DNA of 64,000 bases. Origin: Paragordius varius. Taxonomy: Eukaryota > Animalia > Nematomorpha. The translations under genes and the position numbers were made by a program. Where the stretch lies: contig OZ176056.1 in assembly GCA_964247055.1 (NCBI GenBank), forward strand, positions 558,001 through 622,000, given 5' to 3'. The notes beneath the pieces are model-generated. The model made no database searches and was not told the DNA's origin. It saw nothing but the letters and a program-made list of their open reading frames with translations. Each line of letters begins with the position of its first letter. The stretch's first letter is position 1. Below are positions 42,001 to 57,200 of the stretch, one piece after another.

Positions 42001-45000
42001 ACATTTTCTTAGTAGGACTACATCAAAATATAGAGATATTTTGACAAATTCTTTCATATCCGATTTTTAAAACGATACTTTAAAAATTAATGTATTAAAC
42101 TAGTCGCATCAATACTCAATTTAAACTTTGTCCTTAAAAATCGGATATTGGTCGCCGGTAAAGAAAATTATTTAATATACATTCTCTTAGTAGGACTACA
42201 TCAATATATAGAGATAGTTTGACAAACTCTTTCATATCCGATTTTTACAGCGATACTTTAAAAATTAATGTATAAAACTAGTCGCATCAATACTCAAGTT
42301 AAACTTTGTCCTTAAAAATCGGATATTGGTCACAGGTGAACAAAACTATTTTTTATACATTATCTTAGTAGGACTACATCAAAATATAGATATAGTTTGA
42401 CAAACTCTTTCATATCCGATTTTTACAACGATACTTTAAAAATTAATTTATAAAACTAGTCGCATCAATACTCAAGTTAAACATTGTCCTTAAGAATCGG
42501 ATATTGGTCGCGGATAAAGAAAATTATTTTTTATACATTATCTTAGTAGGACTACATCAAAATATAGAGATAGTTTGACAAACTCTTTCATATCCGATTT
42601 TTACAACGATACTTTAAAAATTAATGTATAAAACTAGTCGCATCATTAGTCAAGTCTTTGTCCTTAAAAATCGGATATTGGTCGCCGGTAAAGAAAATTA
42701 TTTTTTTACATTCTCTTAGTAGGACTACATCAAAATATAGAGATAGTTTGACAAACTCTTTCATATCCGATTTTTACAACGATACTTTAAAAATTAATGT
42801 ATAAAACTAGTCGCATCAATACTCAAGTTAAACTTTGTCCTTAAAAATCGGATATTGGTCACCGGTTAACAAAACTATTTTTTATACATTCTCTTAGTAG
42901 GACTACATCAAAATATAGAGATAGTTTGACAAACTCTTTCATATCCGATTTTTACAGCGATACTTTAAAAATTAATGTATAAAACTAGTCGCATCAATAC
43001 TCAAGTTAAACTTTGTCCTTAAAAATCGGATATTGGTCACAGGTGAACAAAATTATTTTTTATACATTATCTTAGTAGGACTACATCAAAATATAGAGAT
43101 AGTTTGACAAACTCTTTCATATCCGATTTTTACAACGATACTTTAAAAATTAATTTATAAAACTAGTCGCATCAATACTCAAGTTAAACATTGTCCTTAA
43201 GAATCGGATATTGGTCGCGGATAAAGAAGATTATTTTTTATACATTCTCTTAGTAGGACTACATCAAAATATAGAGATAGTTTGACAAACTATTTCATAT
43301 CCGATTTTTACAACGATACTTTAAAAATTAATGTATAAAACTAGTCGCATCATTAGTCAAGTCTTTGTCCTTAAAAATCGGATACTGGTCGCCGGTAAAG
43401 AAAATTATTTTTTTACATTCTCTTAGTAGGACTACATCAAAATATAGAGATAGTTTGACAAACTCTTTCATATCCGATTTTTACAACGATACTTTAAAAA
43501 TTAATGTATAAAACTAGTCGCATCAATACTCAAGTTAAACTTTGTCCTTAAAAATCGGATATTGGTCGCGGATAAAGAAAATTATTTTTTATACATTCTC
43601 TTAGTAGGACTACATCAAAATATAGGGATAGTTTGACAAACTCTTTCATATCCGATTTTTACAGGGATACTTTAAAAATTAATGTATAAAACTAGTCGCA
43701 TCATTAGTCAAGTCTTTGTCCTTAAAAATCGGATATTGGTCGCCGGTAAAGAAAATTATTTTTTTACATTCTCTTAGTAGGACTACATCAAAATATAGAG
43801 ATAGTTTGACAAACTCTTTCATATCCGATTTTTACAACGATACTTTAAAAATTAATGTATAAAACTAGTCGCATCAATACTCAAGTTAAACTTTGTCTTT
43901 AAAAATCGGATATTGGTCACAGGTGAACAAAATTATTTTTTATACATTATCTTAGTAGGACTACATCAAAATATAGAGATAGTTTGACAAACTCTTTCAT
44001 ATCCGATTTTTACAGCGATACTTTAAAAATTAATGTATAAAACTAGTCGCATCAATATTCAAGTTAAACTTTGACTTAAAAATCGGATATTGGTCACCGG
44101 TGAACAAAATTATTTTTTATACATTTTCTTAGTAGGACTACATCAAAATATAGAGATATTTTGACAAATTCTTTCATATCCGATTTTTAAAACGATACTT
44201 TAAAAATTAATGTATTAAACTAGTCGCATCAATACTCAATTTAAACTTTGTCCTTAAAAATCGGATATTGGTCGCCGGTAAAGAAAATTATTTAATATAC
44301 ATTCTCTTAGTAGGACTACATCAATATATAGAAATAGTTTGACAAACTCTTTCATATCCGATTTTTACAGCGATACTTTAAAAATTAATGTATAAAACTA
44401 GTCGCATCAATACTCAAGTTAAACTTTGTCCTTAAAAATCGGATATTGGTCACAGGTGAACAAAACTATTTTTTATACATTATCTTAGTAGGACTACATC
44501 AAAATATAGATATAGTTTGACAAACTCTTTCATATCCGATTTTTACAACGATACTTTAAAAATTAATTTATAAAACTAGTCGCATCAATACTCAAGTTAA
44601 ACATTGTCCTTAAGAATCGGATATTGGTCGCGGATAAAGAAAATTATTTTTTATACATTATCTTAGTAGGACTACATCAAAATATAGAGATAGTTTGACA
44701 AACTCTTTCATATCCGATTTTTACAACGATACTTTAAAAATTAATGTATAAAACTAGTCGCATCATTAGTCAAGTCTTTGTCCTTAAAAATCGGATATTG
44801 GTCGCCGGTAAAGAAAATTATTTTTTTACATTCTCTTAGTAGGACTACATCAAAATATAGAGATAGTTTGACAAACTCTTTCATATCCGATTTTTACAAC
44901 GATACTTTAAAAATTAATGTATAAAACTAGTCGCATCAATACTCAAGTTAAACTTTGTCCTTAAAAATCGGATATTGGTCACCGGTTAACAAAACTATTT

Positions 45001-45268
45001 TTTATACATTCTCTTAGTAGGACTACATCAAAATATAGAGATAGTTTGACAAACTCTTTCATATCCGATTTTTACAGCGATACTTTAAAAATTAATGTAT
45101 AAAACTAGTCGCATCAATACTCAAGTTAAACTTTGTCCTTAAAAATCGGATATTGGTCACAGGTGAACAAAATTATTTTTTATACATTATCTTAGTAGGA
45201 CTACATCAAAATATAGAGATAGTTTGACAAACTCTTTCATATCCGATTTTTACAACGATACTTTAAAA
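39082..45268 (+). repeat. Clade I HOR domain with 10-mer (1769 bp) and 12-mer (2120 bp) units forming a 22-monomer 3889-bp register
   Basis: The marker CAATATTC occurs at 40164, 41933 and 44053 (offsets 1769, 2120). AAGAAGATT and GATACTGG each recur 3889 bp apart (~39340 and ~43229). Confidence 0.9.
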
Positions 45269-48264
45269 ATTAATGTATAAAACTAGTCGCATCATTAGTC
45301 AAGTCTTTGTCCTTAAAAATCGGATATTGGTCGCCGGTAAAGAAAATTATTTTTTATACATTCTCTTAGTAGGACTACATCAAAATATAGAGATAGTTTG
45401 ACAAACTCTTTCATATCCGATTTTTACAACGATACTTTAAAAATTAATGTATAAAACTAGCCGCATCATTAGTCAAATTAAATTGTCCTTATAAATCTGA
45501 TATTGGTCACCGGTGAACAAAATTAATTTTTATACATTCTCTTAATAGGACTACATCATAATATAAAGATATTTTGACAAATTCTTTCATATCCGATTTT
45601 TACAGCGATACTTTAAAAATTAATGTATAAAACTAGTCGCATCAATACTCAAGATAAACTTTGTCCTTAAAAATAGGATATTGGTCACAGGTGAAAAAAA
45701 TTATTTTTTTTACATTATCATAGTAGGACTACATCAAAATATAGAGATAGTTTGACAAACTCTTTCATATCCGATTTTTACAACGATACTTTAAAAATTA
45801 ATGTATAAAACTAGTCGCATCATTAGTCAAGTCTTTGTCCTTAAAAATCGGATATTGATCGCCGGTAAAGAAAATTATTTTTTATACATTCTCTTAGTAT
45901 GACTACATCAAAATATAGAGATAGTTTGACAAACTCTTTCATATCCGATTTTTACAACGATACTTTAAAAATTAATGTATAAAACTAGCCGCATCATTAG
46001 TCAAATTAAATTGTCCTTATAAATCTGATATTGGTCACCGGTGAACAAAATTAATTTTTATACATTATCTTAGTAGGACTACATCAAAATATAGAGATAG
46101 TTTGACAAACTCTTTCATATCCGATTTTTACAAGGATACTTTAAAAAATAATGAATAAAAGTAGTCGCATCAATACTCAAGTTAAACTTTGTCCGTAAAA
46201 ATCGGATATGGGTCACAGGTTAACAAAACTATTTTTTATACATTCTCTTAGTAAGACATATCAAAATATAGAGATAGTTTGACAAACTCTTTCATATCCG
46301 ATTTTTACAGCGATACTTTAAAAATTAATGTATAAAACTAGTCGCATCAATACTCAAGTTAAACTTTGTCCTTAAAAATCGGATATTCGTCACAGGTGAA
46401 CAAAATTATTTTTTATACATTATCTTAGTAGGACTACATCAAAATATAGAGATAGTTTGACAAAGTCTTTCATATCCGATTTTTACAACGATACTTTAAA
46501 AATTAATTTATAAAACTAGTCGCATCAATACTCAAGTTAAACTTTGTCCTTAAAATCGGATATTGGTCGCCGCTAAAGAAAATTATTTTTTGTACATTCT
46601 CTTAGTAGGACTACATCAAAATATAGAGAGAGTTTGACAAACTCTTTCATATCCGATTTTTACAACGATACTTTAAAAATTAATGTATAAAACTAGTCGC
46701 ATCATTAGTCAAGTCTTTGTCCTTAAAAATCGGATATTGGTCGCCGGTAAAGAAAATTATTTTTTACATTCTCTTAGTAGGACTACATCAAAATATAGAG
46801 ATAGTTTGACAAACTCTTTCATATCCGATTTTTACAACGATACTTTAAAAATTAATGTATAAAACTAGTCGCATCAATACTCAAGTTAAACTTTGTCTTT
46901 AAAAATCGGATATTGGTCACAGGTGAACAAAATTATTTTTTATACATTATCTTAGTAGGACTACATCAAAATATAGAGATAGTTTGACAAACTCTTTCAT
47001 ATCCGATTTTTACAGCGATACTTTAAAAATTAATGTATAAAACTAGTCTCATCAATATTCAAGTTAAACTTTGACTTAAAAATCGGATATTGGTCACCGG
47101 TGAACAAAATTATTTTTTATACATTTTCTTAGTAGGACTACATCAAAATATAGAGATATTTTGACAAATTCTTTCATATCCGATTTTTAAAACGATACTT
47201 TAAAAATTAATGTATTAAACTAGTCGGATCAATACTCAATTTAAACTTTGTCCTTAAAAATCGGATATTGGTCGCCGGTAAAGAAAATTATTTAATATAC
47301 ATTCTCTTAGTAGGACTACATCAATATATAGAGATAGTTTGACAAACTCTTTCATATCGATTTTTACAGCGATACTTTAAAAATTAATGTATAAAACTAG
47401 TCGCATCAATACTCAAGTTAAACTTTGTCCTTAAAAATCGGATATTGGTCACAGGTGAACAAAATTATTTTTTATACATTCTCTTAGTAGGACTACATCA
47501 AAATATAGAGATAGTTTGACAAACTCTTTCATATCCGATTTTTACAGCGATACTTTAAAAATTAATGTATAAAACTAGTCGCATCAATACTCAAGTTAAA
47601 CTTTGTCCTTAAAAATCGGATATTGGTCACAGGTGAACAAAACTATTTTTTATACATTATCTTAGTAGGACTACATCAAAATATAGGGATAGTTTGACAA
47701 ACTCTTTCATATCCGATTTTTACAACGATACTTTAAAAATTAATTTATAAAACTAGTCGCATCAATACTCAAGTTAAACATTGTCCTTAAGAATCGGATA
47801 TTGGTCGCGGATAAAGAAAATTATTTTTTATACATTCTCTTAGTAGGACTACATCAAAATATAGAGATAGTTTGACAAACTCTTTCATATCCGATTTTTA
47901 CAACGATACTTTAAAAATTAATGTATAAAACTAGTCGCATCATTAGTCAAGTCTTTGTCCTTAAAAATCGGATATTGGTCACCGGTAAAGAAAATTATTT
48001 TTTTACATTCTCTTAGTAGTACTACATCAAAATATAGAAGTTTGACAAACTCTTTCATATCCGATTTTTACAACGATACTTTAAAAATTAATGTATAAAA
48101 CTAGTCGCATCAATACTCAAGTTAAACTTTGTCCTTAAGAATCGGATATTGGTCGCGGATAAAGAAAATTATTTTTTATACATTCTCTTAGTAGGACTAC
48201 ATCAAAATATAGAGATAGTTTGACAAACTCTTTCATATCCGATTTTTACAGCGATACTTTAAAA

Positions 48265-51200
48265 ATTAATGTATAAAACTAGTCGCATCAATACTCAAGT
48301 TAAACTTTGACTTAAAAATCGGATATTGGTCACCGGTGAACAAAATTATTTTTTATACATTTTCTTAGTAGGACTACATCAAAATATAGAGATATTTTGA
48401 CAAATTCTTTCATATCCGATTTTTACAGCGATACTTTAAAAATTAATGTATAAAACTAGTCGCATCAATACTCAATTTAAACTTTGTCCTTAAAAATCGG
48501 ATATTGGTCACAGGTGAACAAAATTATTTTTAATACATTCTCTTAGTAGGACTACATCAATATATAGAGATAGTTTGACAAACTCTTTCATATCCGATTT
48601 TTACAGCGATACTTTAAAAATTAATGTATAAAACTAGTCGCATCAATACTCAAGTTAAACTTTGTCCTTAAAAATCGGATATTGGTCACAGTTGAACAAA
48701 ATTATTTTTTATACATTATCTTAGTAGAACTACATCAAAATATAGAGATAGTTTGACAAACTCTTTCATATCCGATTTTTACAGCGATACTTTAAAAAAT
48801 AATGTATAAAAGTAGTCGCATCAATACTCAAGTTAAACTTTGTCCTTAAAAATCGGATATTGGTAACAGGTGAACAAAATTATTTTTTATACATTATCTT
48901 AGTAGGACTACATCAAAATATAGAGATAGTTTGACAAACTCTTTCATATCCGATTTTTACAGCGATACTTTAAAAATTAATGTATAAAACTAGTCGCATC
49001 ATTAGTCAAGTCTTTGTCCTTAAAAATCGGATATTGGTCACAGGTGAACAAAATTAATTTTTATACATTCTCTTAATAGGACTACATCATAATATAAAGA
49101 TATTTTGACAAATTCTTTCATATCCGATTTTTACAACGATACTTTAAAAAATAATGTATAAAAGTAGTCGTATCAATACTCAAGTTAAACTTTGTCCTTA
49201 AAAATCGGATATTGGTCACCGGTTAACAAAACTATTTTTTATACATTCTCTTAGTAGGACTAGATCAAAATATAGAGATAGTTTTACAAACTCTTTCATA
49301 TCCGATTTTTACAGCGATACTTTAAAAATTAATGTATAAAACTAGTCGCATCAATACTCAAGTTAAAGTTTGTCCTTAAAAATCGGATATTGGTCACAGG
49401 TGAACAAAATTATTTTTTATACATTATCTTAGTAGGACTACATCAAAATATAGAGATAGTTTGACAAACTCTTTCATATCCGTTTTTTACAGCGATACTT
49501 TAAAAATTAATGTATAAAACTAGTCGCATCAATACTCAAGTTAAACTTTGACTTAAAAATCGGATATTGGTCACCGGTGAACAAAATTATTTTTTATACA
49601 TTTTCTTAGTAGGACTACATCAAAATATAGAGATATTTTCACAAATTCTTTCATATCCGATTTTTAAAACGATACTTTAAAAATTAATGTATTAAACTAG
49701 TCGCATCAATACTCAATTTAAACTTTGTCCTTAAAAATCGGATATTGGTCACAGGTGAACAAAATTATTTTTTATACATTCTCTTAGTAGGACTACATCA
49801 ATATATAGAGATAGTTTGACAAACTCTTTCATATCCGATTTTTACAGCGATACTTTAAAAATTAATGTATAAAACTAGTCGCATCAATACTCAAGTTAAA
49901 CTTTGTCCTTAAAAATCGGATATTGGTCACAGTTGAACAAAATTATTTTTTATACATTATCTTAGTAGGACTACATCAAAATATAGAGATAGTTTGACAA
50001 ACTCTTTCATATCCGATTTTTACAGCGATACTTTAAAAAATAATGTATAAAAGTAGTCGCATCAATACTCAAGTTAAACTTTGTCCTTAAAAATCGGATA
50101 TTGGTCACAGGTGAACAAAATTATTTTTTATACATTATCTTAGTAGGACTACATCAAAATATAGAGATAGTTTGACAAACTCTTTCATATCCGATTTTTA
50201 CAGCGATACTTTAAAAATTAATGTATAAAATTAGTCGCATCATTAGTCAAGTCTTTGTCCTTAAAAATCGGATATTGGTCACAGGTGAACAAAATTATTT
50301 TTTATACATTATCTTAGTAGGACTACATCAAAATATAGAGATAGTTTGACAAACTCTTTCATATCCGATTTTTACAGCGATACTTTAAAAAATAATGTAT
50401 AAAAGTAGTCGCATCAATACTCAAGTTAAACTTTGTCCGTAAAAATCGGATATTGGTCACCGGTTAACAAAACTATTTTTTATACATTCTCTTAGTAAGA
50501 CTACATAATAATATAGAGATAGTTTGATAAACTCTTTCATATCCGATTTTTACAGCGATACTTTAAAAATTAATTTATAAAACTAGTCGCAACAATACTC
50601 AAGTTAAACTTTGTCCTTAAAATCGGATATTGGTCGCCGCTAAAGAAAATTATTTTTTGTACATTCTCTTAGTAGGACTACATCAAAATATAGAGATAGT
50701 TTGACAAACTCTTTCATATCCGATTTTTACAACGATACTTTAAAAATTAATGTATAAAACTAGTCGCATCATTAGTCAAGTCTTTGTCCTTAAAAATCGG
50801 ATATTGGTCGCCGGTAAAGAAAATTATTTTTTATACATTCTCTTAGTAGAACTACATCAAAATATAGAGATAGTTTGACAAACTCTTTCATATCCGATTT
50901 TTACAACGATACTTTAAAAATTAATGTATAAAACTTGCCGCATCATTAGTCAAATTAAATTGTCCTTATAAATCTGATATTGGTCACCGGAACAAAATTA
51001 ATTTTTATACATTCTCTTAATAGGACTACATCATAATATAAAGATATTTTGACAAATTCTTTCATATCCGATTTTTACAACGATACTTTAAAAAATAATG
51101 TATAAAAGTAGTCGCATCAATACTCAAGTTAAACTTTGTCCTTAAAAATCGGATATTGGTTACCGGTTAACAAAACTATTTTTTATACATTCTCTTAGTA

Positions 51201-54200
51201 GGACTAGATCAAAATATAGAGATAGTTTTACAAACTCTTTCATATCCGATTTTTACAGCGATACTTTAAAAATTAATGTATAAAACTAGTCGCATCAATA
51301 CTCAAGTTAAAGTTTGTCCTTAAAAATCGGATATTGGTCACAGGTGAACAAAATTATTTTTTATACATTATCTTAGTAGGACTACATCAAAATATAGAGA
51401 TAGTTTGACAAACTCTTTCATATCCGTTTTTTACAGCGATACTTTAAAAATTAATGTATAAAACTAGTCGCATCAATACTCAAGTTAAACTTTGACTTAA
51501 AAATCGGATATTGGTCACCGGTGAACAAAATTATTTTTTATACATTTTCTTAGTAGGACTACATCAAAATATAGAGATATTTTGACAAATTCTTTCATAT
51601 CCGATTTTTAAAACGATACTTTAAAAATTAATGTATTAAACTAGTCGCATCAATACTCAATTTAAACTTTGTCCTTAAAAATCGGATATTGGTCACAGGT
51701 GAACAAAATTATTTTTTATACATTCTCTTAGTAGGACTACATCAATATATAGAGATAGTTTGACAAACTCTTTCATATCCGATTTTTACAGCGATACTTT
51801 AAAAATTAATGTATAAAACTAGTCGCATCAATACTCAAGTTAAACTTTGTCCTTAAAAATCGGATATTGGTCACAGTTGAACAAAATTATTTTTTATACA
51901 TTATCTTAGTAGGACTACATCAAAATATAGAGATAGTTTGACAAACTCTTTCATATCCGATTTTTACAGCGATACTTTAAAAAATAATGTATAAAAGTAG
52001 TCGCATCAATACTCAAGTTAAACTTTGTCCTTAAAAATCGGATATTGGTCACAGGTGAACAAAATTATTTTTTATACATTATCTTAGTAGGACTACATCA
52101 AAATATAGAGATAGTTTGACAAACTCTTTCATATCCGATTTTTACAGCGATACTTTAAAAATTAATGTATAAAACTAGTCGCATCATTAGTCAAGTCTTT
52201 GTCCTTAAAAATCGGATATTGGTCACAGGTGAACAAAATTATTTTTTATACATTCTCTTAGTAGGACTAGATCAAAATATAGAGATAGTTTTACAAACTC
52301 TTTCATATCCGATTTTTACAGCGATACTTTAAAAATTAATGTATAAAACTAGTCGCATCAATACTCAAGTTAAAGTTTGTCCTTAAAAATCGGATATTGG
52401 TCACAGGTGAACAAAATTATTTTTTATACATTATCTTAGTAGGACTACATCAAAATATAGAGATAGTTTGACAAACTCTTTCATATCCGTTTTTTAAAGC
52501 GATACTTTAAAAATTAATGTATAAAACTAGTCGCATCAATACTCAAGTTAAACTTTGACTTAAAAATCGGATATTGGTCACCGGTGAACAAAATTATTTT
52601 TTATACATTTTCTTAGTAGGACTACATCAAAATATAGAGATATTTTGACAAATTCTTTCATATCCGATTTTTAAAACGATACTTTAAAAATTAATGTATT
52701 AAACTAGTCGCATCAATACTCAATTTAAACTTTGTCCTTAAAAATCGGATATTGGTCACAGGTGAACAAAATTATTTTTTATACATTCTCTTAGTAGGAC
52801 TACATCAATATATAGAGATAGTTTGACAAACTCTTTCATATCCGATTTTTACAGCGATACTTTAAAAATTAATGTATAAAACTAGTCGCATCAATACTCA
52901 AGTTAAACTTTGTCCTTAAAAATCGGATATTGGTCACAGTTGAACAAAATTATTTTTTATACATTATCTTAGTAGGACTACATCAAAATATAGAGATAGT
53001 TTGACAAACTCTTTCATATCCGATTTTTACAGCGATACTTTAAAAAATAATGTATAAAAGTAGTCGCATCAATACTCAAGTTAAACTTTGTCCTTAAAAA
53101 TCGGATATTGGTCACAGGTGAACAAAATTATTTTTTATACATTATCTTAGTAGGACTACATCAAAATATAGAGATAGTTTGACAAACTCTTTCATATCCG
53201 ATTTTTACAGCGATACTTTAAAAATTAATGTATAAAACTAGTCGCATCATTAGTCAAGTCTTTGTCCTTAAAAATCGGATATTGGTCACAGGTGAACAAA
53301 ATTATTTTTTATACATTATCTTAGTAGGACTACATCAAAATATAGAGATAGTTTGACAAACTCTTTCATATCCGATTATTACAGCGATACTTTAAAAATT
53401 AATTTATAAAACTAGTCGCATCAATACTCAAGTTAAACTTTGTCCTTAAAAATCGGATATTGGTCACAGGTGAACAAAATTATTTTTTATACATTATCTT
53501 AGTAGGACTACATCAATATATAGAGATAGTTTGACAAACTCTTTCATATCCGATTTTTACAGCGATACTTTAAAAATTAATGTATAAAACTAGTCGCATC
53601 ATTAGTCAAGTCTTTGTCCTTAAAAATCGGATATTGGTCACAGGTGAACAAAATTATTTTTTATACATTATCTTAGTAGGACTACATCAAAATATAGAGA
53701 TAGTTTGACAAACTCTTTTATATCCGATTTTTACAGCGATACTTTAAAAAATAATGTATAAAAGTAGTCGCATAAATACTCAAGTTAAACTTTGTCCGTA
53801 AAAATCGGATATTGGTCACCGGTTAACAAAACTATTTTTTATACATTCTCTTAGTAAGACTACATCAAAATATAGAGATAGTTTGATAAACTCTTTCATA
53901 TCCGATTTTTACAGCGATACTTTAAAAATTAATTTATAAAACTAGTCGCAACAATACTCAAGTTAAACTTTGTCCTTAAAATCGGATATTGGTCGCCGCT
54001 AAAGAAAATTATTTTTTGTACATTCTCTTAGTAGGACTACATCAAAATATAGAGATAGTTTGACAAACTCTTTCATATCCGATTTTTACAACGATACTTT
54101 AAAAATTAATGTATAAAACTAGTCGCATCATTAGTCAAGTCTTTGTCCTTAAAAATCGGATATTGGTCGCCGGTAAAGAAAATTATTTTTTATACATTCT

Positions 54201-57200
54201 CTTTGTAGAACTACATCAAAATATAGAGATAGTTTGACAAACTCTTTCATATCCGATTTTTACAACGATACTTTAAAAATTAATGTATAAAACTTGCCGC
54301 ATCATTAGTCAAATTAAATTGTCCTTATAAATCTGATATTGGTCACCGGAACAAAATTAATTTTTATACATTCTCTTAATCGGACTACATCATAATATAA
54401 AGATATTTTGACAAATTCTTTCATATCCGATTTTTACAACGATACTTTAAAAAATAATGTATAAAAGTAGTCGCATCAATACTCAAGTTAAACTTTGTCC
54501 TTAAAAATCGGATATTGGTCACCGGTTAACAAAACTATTTTTTATACATTCTCTTAGTAGGACTAGATCAAAATATAGAGATAGTTTTACAAACTCTTTC
54601 ATATCCGATTTTTACAGCGATACTTTAAAAATTAATGTATAAAACTAGTCGCATCAATACTCAAGTTAAAGTTTGTCCTTAAAAATCGGATATTGGTCAC
54701 AGGTGAACAAAATTATTTTTTATACATTATCTTAGTAGGACTACATCAAAATATAGAGATAGTTTGACAAACTCTTTCATATCCGTTTTTTACAGCGATA
54801 CTTTAAAAATTAATGTATAAAACTAGTCGCATCAATACTCAAGTTAAACTTTGACTTAAAAATCGGATATTGGTCACCGGTGAACAAAATTATTTTTTAT
54901 ACATTTTCTTAGTAGGACTACATCAAAATATAGAGATATTTTGACAAATTCTTTCATATCCGATTTTTAAAACGATACTTTAAAAATTAATGTATTAAAC
55001 TAGTCGCATCAATACTCAATTTAAACTTTGTCCTTAAAAATCGGATATTGGTCACAGGTGAACAAAATTATTTTTTATACATTCTCTTAGTAGGACTACA
55101 TCAATATATAGAGATAGTTTGACAAACTCTTTCATATCCGATTTTTACAGCGATACTTTAAAAATTAATGTATAAAACTAGTCGCATCAATACTCAAGTT
55201 AAACTTTGTCCTCAAAAATCGGATATTGGTCACAGTTGAACAAAATTATTTTTTATACATTATCTTAGTAGGACTACATCAAAATATAGAGATAGTTTGA
55301 CAAACTCTTTCATATCCGATTTTTACAGCGATACTTTAAAAAATAATGTATAAAAGTAGTCGCATCAATACTCAATTTAAACTTTGTCCTTAAAAATCGG
55401 ATATTGGTCACAGGTGAACAAAATTATTTTTTATACATTATCTTAGTAGGACTACATCAAAATATAGAGATAGTTTGACAAACTCTTTCATATCCGATTT
55501 TTACAGCGATACTTTAAAAATTAATGTATAAAACTAGTCGCATCATTAGTCAAGTCTTTGTCCTTAAAAATCGGATATTGGTCACAGGTGAACAAAATTA
55601 TTTTTTATACATTATCTTAGTAGGACTACATCAAAATATAGAGATAGTTTGACAAACTCTTTCATATCCGATTTTTACAGCGATACTTTAAAAAATAATG
55701 TATAAAAGTAGTCGCATCAATACTCAAGTTAAACTTTGTCCGTAAAAATCGGATATTGGTCACCGGTTAACAAAACTATTTTTTATACATTCTCTTAGTA
55801 AGACTACATCAAAATATAGAGATAGTTTGATAAACTCTTTCATATCCGATTTTTACAGCGATACTTTAAAAATTAATTTATAAAACTAGTCGCAACAATA
55901 CTCAAGTTAAACTTTGTCCTTAAAATCGGATATTGGTCGCCGCTAAAGAAAATTATTTTTTGTACATTCTCTTAGTAGGACTACATCAAAATATAGAGAT
56001 AGTTTGACAAACTATTTCATATCCGATTTTTACAACGATACTTTAAAAATTAATGTATAAAACTAGTCGCATCATTAGTCAAGTCTTTGTCCTTAAAAAT
56101 CGGATATTGGTCGCCGGTAAAGAAAATTATTTTTTATACATTCTCTTAGTAGAACTACATCAAAATATAGAGATAGTTTGACAAACTCTTTCATATCCGA
56201 TTTTTACAACGATACTTTAAAAATTAATGTATAAAACTTGCCGCATCATTAGTCAAATTAAATTGTCCTTATAAATCTGATATTGGTCACCGGAACAAAA
56301 TTAATTTTTATACATTCTCTTAATAGGACTACATCATAATATAAAGATATTTTGACAAATTCTTTCATATCCGATTTTTACAACGATACTTTAAAAAATA
56401 ATGTATAAAAGTAGTCGCATCAATACTCAAGTTAAAGTTTGTCCTTAAAAATCGGATATTGGTCACAGGTGAACAAAATTATTTTTTATACATTATCTTA
56501 GTAGGACTACATCAAAATATAGAGATAGTTTGACAAACTCTTTCATATCCGTTTTTTACAGCGATACTTTAAAAATTAATGTATAAAACTAGTCGCATCA
56601 ATACTCAAGTTAAACTTTGACTTAAAAATCGGATATTGGTCACCGGTGAACAAAATTATTTTTTATACATTTTCTTAGTAGGACTACATCAAAATATAGA
56701 GATATTTTGACAAATTCTTTCATATCCGATTTTTAAAACGATACTTTAAAAATTAATGTATTAAACTAGTCGCATCAATACTCAATTTAAACTTTGTCCT
56801 TAAAAATCGGATATTGGTTACAGGTGAACAAAATTATTTTTTATACATTCTCTTAGTAGGACTACATCAATATATAGAGATAGTTTGACAAACTCTTTCA
56901 TATCCGATTTTTACAGCGATACTTTAAAAACTAATGTATAAAACTAGTCGCATCAATACTCAAGTTAAACTTTGTCCTTAAAAATCGGATATTGGTCACA
57001 GTTGAACCAAATTATTTTTTATACATTATCTTAGTAGGACTACATCAAAATATAAAGATAGTTTGACAAACTCTTTCATATCCGATTTTTACAGCGATAC
57101 TTTAAAAAATAATGTATAAAAGTAGTCGCATCAATACTCAAGTTAAACTTTGTCCTTAAAAATCGGATATTGGTCACAGGTGAACAAAATTATTTTTTAT

